Source: a virus. From it: DNA of 64,000 nucleotides. The notes below the pieces were generated by a model. That model was not told the DNA's origin. It ran no database searches and saw only the letters and a list, made by a program, of their open reading frames with translations. Where the stretch lies: the IMG/VR virus record IMGVR_UViG_3300045988_144812, positions 64,001 to 128,000 of that record; one strand, written 5' to 3'. Shown here piece after piece: positions 17,650 through 26,046 of this stretch. Positions within the stretch are counted from its first letter, which is position 1. Each line of letters begins with the position of its first letter. A program made the translations under genes and the position numbers.

Positions 17650-18945
17650 ATGAATAAACATGAATTCTGGTTAACTGGAATGAAGAATGAGTGGTATAAA
17701 GATGCATTCTGGGTAAAGAGTTGTTTATCTATTTTCCGTACTGATGATAAAGAACATTATTTGGTTCGTGCCGACAGCAATGGTTATTACTACCTTAATG
17801 CAGACACAAACACAAAAGAATATATTGATGGTGCTGTAGATACTTCAAAACCTTTATTGGATTTTAAAGAATTCATTACGGTACCAAAAGGTTTTATTCT
17901 TCCAGAATGGGATGAGATTCGCACCACTGTAGGTAATCTATTACAAAACTATTTACTGGTAGTGGATCCATTCCAAGGAAAGGTTCCGTATATTAATAAA
18001 CGATTCTTCCCTAATGATGTTGAGAAATTATTCATTCGTAAATGGAAACGCTCTAAAGACGATGTAAAAAATGATGAAGTAGAAGGTGAAGTATTTACAG
18101 AGGAATATTTAAAGTTTGCTGAAAATGCTATTTATCTATCGAACTTTACTCAAACAGTCGTACCATCAGTAACTAAGAAAGCTATTGTTTCTAATCCTGC
18201 TGTAGAGAAGCGTAAGAAAGAATTGTTTGAAGAATATAAGGATAAACTAGACGATCCGATTATCCAAACAATGATTGATGATGAGTTAAAGAAAATCGAT
18301 AAAGACTATCTTAAAAATGATGACTTTATGGGTTTTGCTATTTCTGGCAAAATCTTTAACGATGCTCGTAAACGTCTGTATTATCAGTTTGGTTTTGCTA
18401 AAGGTCTAGATGATAATAAAGAACCTACTTACATCAATCGCCCTCTTAACAAAGGTGTGGATCTTAAGAACTTACCTGCTTATGTAAATGATGCTTATTC
18501 TGGTTCTATTGGTCGTGGTCTCGAAACTCAAGAAGGTGGTGTAGACGTTAAGAATGCTGTACGTTCGGCAGCTAACTTAAAAGTAGATGGTAAGGAATGT
18601 GGTACTAAATACGGAGAACCTGTTCAGTTTGATGAAGACACCAAAAAGAATGAGAAGTATTTAGATTACTACTTTATTCAGAATGGTACTTCTGTTAAAA
18701 TTACAGAAGGTAATATTGCTTCTTTAGCAGGTAAAGAAGTAATCATGCGCTCTCCACGTATGTGTGTAAATAAAAACAATAGTTATTGTGAACACTGTGC
18801 TGGTCCTAATATCTCTAGCTACCCTAATGGTATTGCATCTGTAAACGCTTTGCCAGGTTCTAAGATCATGTTGATCTCCATGAAAGGTATGCATACATCC
18901 GCTAAAGATAGTATTAAACTGGATTGGGAAAATCTTATTACTTAA
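17650..18945 (+). CDS. multisubunit RNA polymerase beta-prime-like subunit, C-terminal module (bridge helix and start of trigger loop)
   Basis: [23 protein letters not shown] resembles the bridge helix [45 protein letters not shown]...MKGMHTS resembles VRSVVSC....GVCAHCYG...TMRTFHIGG of E. coli RpoC. Confidence 0.6.
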   Translation: [431 protein letters not shown]

Positions 18946-18949
18946 TGAA

Positions 18950-18990
18950 TACTCCTCTGTCTAAATAGACAGAGGAGATATTTCTATTAT
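18950..18990 (+). terminator. intrinsic terminator
   Basis: CTCCTCTGTC/GACAGAGGAG followed by a T-rich tail. Confidence 0.7.
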
Positions 18991-18991
18991 G

Positions 18992-19018
18992 TTTTAAACC
19001 TATATTATTAACTTGAAT
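18992..19018 (+). promoter_or_regulatory. promoter-like motif
   Basis: TTTTAAACCTATATTATTAACTTGAAT, after a terminator. Confidence 0.5.
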
Positions 19019-19054
19019 GTAGTTCTCTTAAACCAACTAAATAAGGAAAGTAAA

Positions 19055-19165
19055 ATGGCTGTTAATAGCAGTTTCAATAAGTTAAAAGAAATCACTTTAG
19101 AAAAGGCGACTTACGAATTAGTCAAAGATGGAATTAAAGATCCCGTTGTATCGAGTAATTCCTAA
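19055..19165 (+). CDS. 36-aa ORF, possibly a truncated remnant of the beta-helix protein family
   Basis: Promoter motif, RBS AAGGAAAG and terminator. It shares YELVKD with the N-terminus of the 3424-4278 protein. Confidence 0.35.
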   Translation: MAVNSSFNKLKEITLEKATYELVKDGIKDPVVSSNS

Positions 19166-19204
19166 TTCTAGATTTGATGGTAGTGATTTAACATAAAGAC
19201 ACAA

Positions 19205-19240
19205 AACGCCTCTTTTAATAAGGGGTGTTTTTTTTTTGAT
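19205..19240 (+). terminator. intrinsic terminator
   Basis: AACGCCTCTT/AAGGGGTGTT (with G-U pairs) followed by T9. Confidence 0.75.
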
Positions 19241-19251
19241 TTAAATACGGC

Positions 19252-19289
19252 AAAAAAAATACTCACTACCCAGAACGGATAGTGAGTAA
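19252..19289 (-). terminator. intrinsic terminator for a minus-strand transcript
   Basis: On the minus strand, TACTCACTATCC-loop-GGTAGTGAGTA followed by T8. Confidence 0.75.
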
Positions 19290-19609
19290 TACCAAGTATG
19301 AAAAATGAACGAAAAGGAAGTATATACACCATTGTAATCAGAACCAATAGGCAAAAATGAAAAACTACTGAGCCTAATCACAACAGTCTAGATAGTCCCT
19401 ATTAAAGGAAGTTTGTTTACTATTCGCTAGAAAGGCAATAAGAACGAACAGCAACTATACCTAGATAGATTTTTAATTGTCTTACCAACATGATACCATG
19501 GATCTATATATTACCACAATCCCACATGAAAGGACTTTCTAACACGATTACACTTTTTTCTCACACCACAAAACGTGATAATACATAAATAACCCATAGG
19601 TATACCAGT

Positions 19610-19663
19610 GAGGTGATCTCGTAAGTTGAAAGGGGGTCGAAAGACTTACTTTGTGATCACCTC
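19610..19663. other. two-tier hairpin in the untranslated region
   Basis: Outer stem GAGGTGATC/GATCACCTC and inner stem GTAAGT/ACTTAC. Confidence 0.6.
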
Positions 19664-20084
19664 TTACCCTAACTAACCTGGATTTTTATTAGTTAGTAAA
19701 ATGTGGGAAATACGCTAACCAGAATATCAGCCTACAGGATCTAAGAGTGCGAATGACTGTTGTACCTTTAGTGTAGGATTTTATAGAGGTTTTCTGATTT
19801 ATTGCTTTACCATTTAAAACTTTAAATAGGTTCTTCCATAAGAACCAAGTTAGAAGTTTAAACTTTATAACTTTCAACTTTATAGATTTATAACTTTAAG
19901 GATGAAAAGCCCACAACTAAGTGGGGATACTCACGAGATAATAGTTCGTGATATTAGGTATAAATCGATTCCATATCGGTTATTGGTGAGGCATTCTCAA
20001 ATTTTACTTGCTGAGCCTGTCTCCAACTTGACAAGGTTCTTCGCTTTATTAGAATTCGATAAGCGATTAGCGTATTTCAAAAAC

Positions 20085-20168
20085 TGGTGGAGGGAGTAGG
20101 ATTCGAACCTACGAACCTTTCGGGGCGGATTTACAGTCCGCTGGATTTAACCACTCTCCAATCCCTCC
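20085..20168 (-). tRNA. tRNA-Tyr (anticodon GTA), class II with a long variable arm, CCA encoded
   Basis: Cloverleaf built by hand. Acceptor GGAGGGA/TCCCTCC. Anticodon stem GCGGA/TCCGC with loop CTGTAAA. T arm GTAGG-TTCGAAT-CCTAC. 3-bp D stem. Confidence 0.9.
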
Positions 20169-20350
20169 GATGATATTTATTCTCATATAGAGAAGATGAG
20201 TAGGAATAGCTCTTCTAGAAATAGAAAAGGTGAGGTGTCATGAAAGCTAGATATCTACAATAACTCAATCTAAGTTTAAAAAAGTAGAAAGTGTTATCCA
20301 GTCGAGACTATTCCTCTCAAATAAAAGAGTAAACTCTAAAATTTTATTTC

Positions 20351-21001
20351 TTAATAAGAATAAGAAATAGTGTTAGTAGCATTGATTTCTGACAGAATGG
20401 TATCGATCTCAGTCATGAATGTACTAATGAATTCAGATTCTTTTTGAATGAATTCAGCATGATTAAAACCAGAAACTATATCCAGAGAACGTTCTTTCTC
20501 TTTAGCTTCTCGAAATGTTTTAACCAGTTGGTCGATGGCTTCTTTACTACCTGCATTATCACCAAACTGTTTCTCTTGACTAGCCAGATAGGCACTTACA
20601 TCGCTATCAATACCAGCATTAGCTCGTTTTTGTTGATGCAGTGCGTCTGTGTATTGGTCACGAATAGTATTCAAGATATCACGACGATCTTGCAAGATGG
20701 TTTTCTCTACCAGAATTTCTGCTACAGTTACTTCGCCCATATCCAGAACGGTTACAATCTTAGTATCGTTGAATTTGTGAATCGCTGTTTTGATTGCTAC
20801 GTATTCTTTAACTAAAGATTTATATTCGTCGATATTAGCTTGAGAATTACGTTGGTATTGTTGTGCCAGTTCGCCATTTTTCTCGGATGAACGAACATAG
20901 CCTACAAAACATTCTTTTTTCAGATCTTCCAAAAGATCTTTAATAATTTTAGCACGAGCCAGGGCGCGAGTTACGGTTACGGTTACTTCATTAGCCATGA
21001 T
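20351..21001 (-). CDS. hypothetical coiled-coil-like protein, probably highly expressed
   Basis: Start moved to the ATG after AAAAGGAAACTAATC (MANEVTVTV); 216 aa. Confidence 0.75.
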   Translation of the reverse strand: MMANEVTVTVTRALARAKIIKDLLEDLKKECFVGYVRSSEKNGELAQQYQRNSQANIDEYKSLVKEYVAIKTAIHKFNDTKIVTVLDMGEVTVAEILVEKTILQDRRDILNTIRDQYTDALHQQKRANAGIDSDVSAYLASQEKQFGDNAGSKEAIDQLVKTFREAKEKERSLDIVSGFNHAEFIQKESEFISTFMTEIDTILSEINATNTISYSY

Positions 21002-21067
21002 TAGTTTCCTTTTAAGTTTTAAAAAATAAGAACGAGAAGTACTTCTCAATTTATAATTATAATGCCG

Positions 21068-21111
21068 AAAAAAAAACTATATCCTCCTATCCGAATTAAC
21101 GGATAGGAGGA
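21068..21111 (-). terminator. intrinsic terminator (minus strand)
   Basis: TCCTCCTATCC/GGATAGGAGGA followed by a T-run on the minus strand. Confidence 0.75.
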
Positions 21112-21363
21112 GTCTAGCCACTACATAAGGAGGAAACTAACCGTGTGGTTTATTTACACAAGATTATTTGGAGAAACAATGAACGAAATCTAGTTCCGAT
21201 TATTGTTTGGGCGTCAATTAATTACAAGTTCATCTCTCGATTATCTAAACGTTAAAAAGGACTAAGAAATAACGACATTGACTATTTCTTACATTCGTGT
21301 AAGAAGTTATACCGTGAAAGGAGGTTGAAAAGCAAAGCACTTGATTAACTTTTCATATATTAC

Positions 21364-22140
21364 CTACCAATTTAAAAAAGTTTTCTTTCCTGTAAACAGG
21401 TTAGGTGCCATTTCTTTCTTTTTCTTCTTGTATTCGTTCTTATCTAATTTAATTACACGTACGTTATCTTTACCAATGTTATAGAAAACATGATGGCCTT
21501 TATCATCAGTACGAACAATCTCTACTTTATATAAACCCTTACCATACTGTTTATTAGACAGTTGATCAATCTTAACCGTCTTATCCATTACTTCAAGAAT
21601 ATAAGTCGTCACGTATTTTCTAAGAGTATTTTTATTTTCATCCATACCCATGTTCACTACATGCATGGTTTCAACAAATAGCTTAGCGATGATTTCACCT
21701 TTATATTCTTTAGTTTCTTTAGAGTAAGGTACTAACCAAGTCTCCGAAGTACGTACTGAATCATGCACTAACATGTGGTTAGGTTTAAGAGCATATTTGT
21801 AAGGAATTGCGTAGATATACCATCCACCTTTAAACACTTCAGATTCTTCTTCAGTTGTATTATAAAGCATGATATCGGTTAATTCATCCATAGCAAAAAT
21901 ACAGCCTACTATCGATTCAGATACGTGTACACGCATTACTGTGCGATCTTCCATACCCTTAGCATATCGTGCAGACAATCTAGGTGTAAATACTTTAATA
22001 CCTGGATCAATAGAACCATGCAACATGTAAGGATAATCTTCAGGAGCTTTTATAATCTCTGCATTATTTCTTACTTTAGGTTTTTGTTCTTCGAGATATT
22101 TCTCTATCTTCTTTTTCTCTTTATCTTCAGTCTCATCCAT
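21364..22140 (-). CDS. hypothetical protein
   Basis: 258 aa from the first ATG (the track start is a TTG); weak RBS. Confidence 0.6.
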   Translation of the reverse strand: MDETEDKEKKKIEKYLEEQKPKVRNNAEIIKAPEDYPYMLHGSIDPGIKVFTPRLSARYAKGMEDRTVMRVHVSESIVGCIFAMDELTDIMLYNTTEEESEVFKGGWYIYAIPYKYALKPNHMLVHDSVRTSETWLVPYSKETKEYKGEIIAKLFVETMHVVNMGMDENKNTLRKYVTTYILEVMDKTVKIDQLSNKQYGKGLYKVEIVRTDDKGHHVFYNIGKDNVRVIKLDKNEYKKKKKEMAPNLFTGKKTFLNW

Positions 22141-22175
22141 TTTAAAAAATCCATTCAATAATTAAAATAAAACAA

Positions 22176-22197
22176 ATATATATCATTAGATTGAACC
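22176..22197 (+). promoter_or_regulatory. promoter-like motif
   Basis: ATATATATCATTAGATTGAACC, in a divergent intergenic region. Confidence 0.45.
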
Positions 22198-22251
22198 TTT
22201 CTGTTCTAAGAAAGGATTTTATTAATCTAACTTAATTTAAGGAAAACTAAA

Positions 22252-22701
22252 ATGAAGTTCATTATCGGTTTTATCGTTGCGTTCTTCGTGTTAAAATTCA
22301 TCGTGGGTTTATTTCAAGATATAGAGATATCTAACTTTCATGCAAAAGAAAATGAAAAAGAAGAAGTAATCGATCGTCTAAAACGATATATAGAACTGTA
22401 TCATAGTTCTGTTTATATATTGTTAACAGAATATCGTAACAAGTTTAAAAATGGTGAAAACTGGGATGTTATCTCAGATGTTCCAGAAGTAGAAAAACTA
22501 TATTGTTGTGGAAGTATCCGACACCTCATCGATACACGACAAAAGATGGATGTTCTTATTGATAAACTTCCGTATAAGGAATTCTTTCATGAAGGTATTC
22601 TTTATAAATCATTATCAGGATCTTTTCTAGAATTTTCTATAGAAGAAATTGTAATGATTTCTGTAAAACTCTCCAACGCCAAACTCGAAAAATGGAATTA
22701 A
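22252..22701 (+). CDS. hypothetical protein with an N-terminal membrane helix
   Basis: Promoter motif at 22176-22197 and RBS AAGGAAAA. N-terminus MKFIIGFIVAFFVLKFIVGLF. Confidence 0.7.
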   Translation: MKFIIGFIVAFFVLKFIVGLFQDIEISNFHAKENEKEEVIDRLKRYIELYHSSVYILLTEYRNKFKNGENWDVISDVPEVEKLYCCGSIRHLIDTRQKMDVLIDKLPYKEFFHEGILYKSLSGSFLEFSIEEIVMISVKLSNAKLEKWN

Positions 22702-22704
22702 AAA

Positions 22705-22806
22705 ATGAAACACGAAGAAACTTACATCGCTATCATTGTATCAATATCAATAGCATTACTATTCTGCTTGATGATTTTTCAAGTAGCGATGTATTTCGAT
22801 AATTAA
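22705..22806 (+). CDS. 33-aa single-pass membrane peptide (below the track cut-off)
   Basis: ATG 4 nt after the previous stop. Sequence MKHEETYIAIIVSISIALLFCLMIFQVAMYFDN. Confidence 0.4.
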   Translation: MKHEETYIAIIVSISIALLFCLMIFQVAMYFDN

Positions 22807-22818
22807 AGGATTCTAATC

Positions 22819-23247
22819 ATGTTAAATGATTTATTAAATAATGACGCTACTACAGATGTTGAAATTTTAGACGTTGTAAAGTTAGCATCTTACAGTAAAA
22901 CAAATTCTAAAGAGGTAGTGGGATCCAATACTAACTTAGATAAATCCATTAATAAGTTTCTCGAGCTAATGTTTAAAAACATTACCAAGATAAACGAAGA
23001 TGAACTGGATGATTTACTGGAAGAACGTACTAAGTTAGAACGTATCTTTACACGTCATGGCATCGATGAAATAAAATGTTGTGTTACATTTATTGCTCAT
23101 GGCGATAAAGACATCAGTACCTCAGAAGAAGTCGTTATTAAAAGATTTGGTCCAAGACATACCAGTAAGAAACTAGCAATAGACATCTTCGGTATGTTGG
23201 TAAATATCAAGACTAAGATTACACTTAGTCAGTTATCAGAATCCTAA
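22819..23247 (+). CDS. hypothetical protein
   Basis: RBS AAAGGA; 142 aa. Confidence 0.7.
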   Translation: MLNDLLNNDATTDVEILDVVKLASYSKTNSKEVVGSNTNLDKSINKFLELMFKNITKINEDELDDLLEERTKLERIFTRHGIDEIKCCVTFIAHGDKDISTSEEVVIKRFGPRHTSKKLAIDIFGMLVNIKTKITLSQLSES

Positions 23248-23272
23248 CCCCTAACTTGTAAAGGAAAATACA

Positions 23273-23655
23273 ATGTATGATGTTTTTGGATAATGTTTAA
23301 ATGTTTGTGTCAAACGTTTGGATCGGGATAAAATGAACAGTCCTGAAGAAATGGCTAGATACTATAAACGTCTAGATATTACCTTAGCTACTTTAAAGAT
23401 GTAACTTTAGATTCGAAAAGTAATGAAAATGGTGATCATGAAATCATTCTCACTTGCGAGGAAGACTTTTACGATTCACTAAAAGTAAATGGTGAACTTT
23501 ACTTCAGTAAAGAACGTCCTTACTTAAAAATAAATACTAATTACTGTCTCATCAGTATCGATGGTAATATCTTTACTACTGATGATCGTGATGAATGTGT
23601 TAAGGCGCATTTATCTCAACGACAATATCTCTTGAAAAAGCTTATTGGTAATTAA
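23273..23655 (+). pseudogene. disrupted gene: in-frame TAA, then a -1 frame change at T_TTA_AAG
   Basis: A perfect leader/RBS (ACTTGTAAAGGA) is followed by ATG 23273 and a TAA at 23291. The same frame restarts at ATG 23333 and stops at 23402. The -1 frame is open from 23392 to 23655 (87 codons) with no in-frame ATG. Confidence 0.5.
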
Positions 23656-23666
23656 GTTTAAATTAA

Positions 23667-23702
23667 ATACTACTACCCTAAAAAGGTAGTAGTATTTTTT
23701 TT
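23667..23702. terminator. hairpin terminator, possibly bidirectional
   Basis: ATACTACTACC/GGTAGTAGTAT, with T8 on the + side and a U-rich tract on the - side. Confidence 0.7.
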
Positions 23703-24600
23703 GATTTAAATTCGACATATTTCGTTTCCACCACTACCGACCACCTCCCCTACCCCGCCGCCTTTCGACGACGAGGCAGGATCAACAGTAGCCGGCCCAA
23801 GAATGAACTTCAAGCTTTCGCCATCTGTCCTCCTCGGTATAAAGACCTTCAGTATTCACCTTGCATCAGCACAGCGTTAGCCGTTAACATCAGTTTAGTT
23901 TCAACCTAAGCCTTCTGACAAGTCCCGTCTGCACCGAAGCGCCTAACAGTCCCTGCAGAGAATGCACGCGCACCCTCAAGTCCTGACCTTGCATAGCAAC
24001 CGCACAGCTCGACCAAGTAAAGTGACGACTAAAAGCCGCCTATCTCTCGATACCCAGCTCCAAAAGGAACTCGTAAGCTCAAAAGACTCTCGAAAATCAA
24101 TTCAAATATCCAAATCAAAAAGACATGAACACCTAAACAGATAATCAAGAATCTTTTGGATTACGCAATGAACATTATCTCCTTGCGGAAACAACATCCA
24201 AAGGGATACGAGAAACAGACTACTTCTAGCTGAAACCCTACCTAGCCGAACCGGATAGACCGTATAGCGGACTCTCTTGGGATATAACGCACCTCTCTAC
24301 AGTTCGTGCCGTAAGCCAGTGTTTCCACTAACCTACCCGCCTACTAAGCCAGACGAGGTACCGCCTGTTCGCCCTGGTGCATTACTACACAGGTTCAACT
24401 CTTACGAGCCGAAAAGCTGGAGGGAAGCCATTTCTCAGACTTGTCGCAGACATGATCGAACGATAACAATAGTATCTCACCTCTTAAAAGAAGTTCAACA
24501 CACTGCTAACAGCGCATACATTTTTACATTAGCCAGAAAAGCCTAGATTAAAACCAAACCAACATCAACGACCACAGCCATACCAATTACAAAGCAAACA
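23703..24600 (-). ncRNA. candidate large structured non-coding RNA (family not recognised)
   Basis: G+C-rich and strongly C>G on the + strand, with no credible ORF. Several hairpins need G-U pairs and so form only in minus-strand RNA; they have GAAA, GCAA and UUCG loops. The boundaries are approximate. Confidence 0.45.
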
Positions 24601-24879
24601 CTAAAAGTCTAAATACCAAGGAATCTTAATAGGATCCATACCTTAGATAGGATAGTTTTACATCGTATTTACGAATACTAACCTATCTGTTAAGAGGTAT
24701 AGGTCTAGCTAAAATAGCTAATTAAACTTATACAAAAAATGCCTGTATAAGCCTAACTATCTAAATCAACCAAACTTAATAAACTTTCTATTCTTAGTTA
24801 AAAACAATAGTAAAAAAGTAGATAAAAAAGAAAATATAGAAGTAATGAAAAGTTTAAAAAGTATTGTTAGAAGTATTGA

Positions 24880-24946
24880 TTTTGTAGTTATTATTAAGAT
24901 TATTATTAGTATATTTGTATTTAGATTTATTATTAGTATTATTAGT
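24880..24946. repeat. left arm of a perfect 67-bp inverted repeat
   Basis: TTTTGTAGTTATTATTAAGATTATTATTAGTATATTTGTATTTAGATTTATTATTAGTATTATTAGT is the exact reverse complement of 26047-26113. Confidence 0.95.
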
Positions 24947-25008
24947 TTTTGTAGTTAGTTGTAGTTGTAGTTTTTGTTGTAGATAGTAGTTGTAGTTTGG
25001 AGATAAGT
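24947..25008. repeat. cluster of TTGTAG(T/A) short direct repeats
   Basis: TTTGTAGTTAGTTGTAGTTGTAGTTTTTGTTGTAGATAGTAGTTGTAGTTTGG lies directly inside the left IR arm. Confidence 0.8.
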
Positions 25009-25135
25009 TCTCTAGATTTTACTCTTCATAATAGAGTAGTAACTTAAGAAAATCACTACTCTATTATAAAGACTGAAACTACTTCTTCATATACACCTAG
25101 TAACTGAAATATTTTTTCAAGATGTTAGAAAAAGA

Positions 25136-25177
25136 ACCAGTCTATACGACTCCCCCACGAAGTGAGTATAGACTGGT
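25136..25177. other. 12-bp hairpin with a C-rich 18-nt loop
   Basis: ACCAGTCTATAC ... GTATAGACTGGT. Confidence 0.7.
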
Positions 25178-25700
25178 GGAGTTTAACATGCGAAAATAGG
25201 AAAATTCGAAAAGAATAGAATTTAGCTGGATTGGAAACAGCTTAACTTTGTCTTTTCATACAGAGTACCATTCTGAAAATTATCTCTTATCTTATCATCG
25301 ATGTTTATACAAACTGTCTAATAACACTAATGGATTAATAGTTTTAAAATTAGTATTTTGTAAATTTGTTAAAAATGGAATAGTGTTTAAATGGCTCTAG
25401 AATGCTCTAGGATTGATTTTCTTTGTTAAGTAAGGACATTTATCATCCTGACTATTTAATCCCTCTAAAATCGCTTCTATTGGCTTGTAATCGATATTGG
25501 TGTATAATTGCTAGTATAGCGATTTATAGTTCTTGATTATAGAACTACATCTGGATGTATTGGTGTATTAAAACCATCTTAGCCTATCTAACGTAGTGGG
25601 TGATATTACACAATGGTATTGTATTTGCTCTAGCATCATTTAGTCCTTTTGTGTAAACTAGGATTTATTGGCTTTGGTATTAAACACTCTAGATTCATCT

Positions 25701-25808
25701 TGCGCTGCGCTACTCTCACTCTGGTTATTTATCACCTACTGTCTAATTGGGTAATGCGCTGCGCTATACTAACTTTGGTGTTTGTTACCTACTGAAATAG
25801 TCTAGTGA
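25701..25808. repeat. two imperfect tandem ~54-bp units, each starting TGCGCTGCGCTA
   Basis: Unit 1 is 25701-25754 and unit 2 is 25755-25808. They share TGCGCTGCGCTA and ...ACCTACTG. Confidence 0.75.
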
Positions 25809-26046
25809 TATTTTACAATGACTGAATCGAGAACGGATATAGTTTGTCTTGAGATAGTGTTTAAATGGTTTTAAATGAGTTCTCGCTATTCAGGGATAAA
25901 TTTGCTTAAAGTAAAAGTATTTAAATTACGTAGTAATTTAAATACATATCCTTAGAGATTTTAAAACTAATTAATATAAATATTAATTAGTAATAGTTAA
26001 TAAGTAATATCTATCTATATTACTAAAGTAATATATCTAGATATTT

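Noticed and set aside
19902-20099. ORF 19902-20099 (65 aa)
   Set aside because: Its 3' end overlaps the tRNA-Tyr gene on the opposite strand, and it has no RBS. The region is more plausibly non-coding.
23962-24546. Track ORFs 23962-24144 and 24277-24546 as real genes
   Set aside because: They have no RBS or leader motif, and one starts at a non-ATG codon. Their odd Pro/Thr/Ser/Arg-rich composition is driven by the C-rich strand. Every other gene here has a clear AAGGA-type RBS.
23703-24600. Identity of the G+C-rich block with RNase P RNA, tmRNA, an rRNA fragment or a group II intron
   Set aside because: I found no GAGGAAAGUCCGGGC-type RNase P core and no tRNA-like tmRNA ends. There is also no group II domain V (RAGCCGUAU...GAAA...ACGGUUY) or GUGYG start in a sensible context. 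This is by eye only and needs a covariance-model search.
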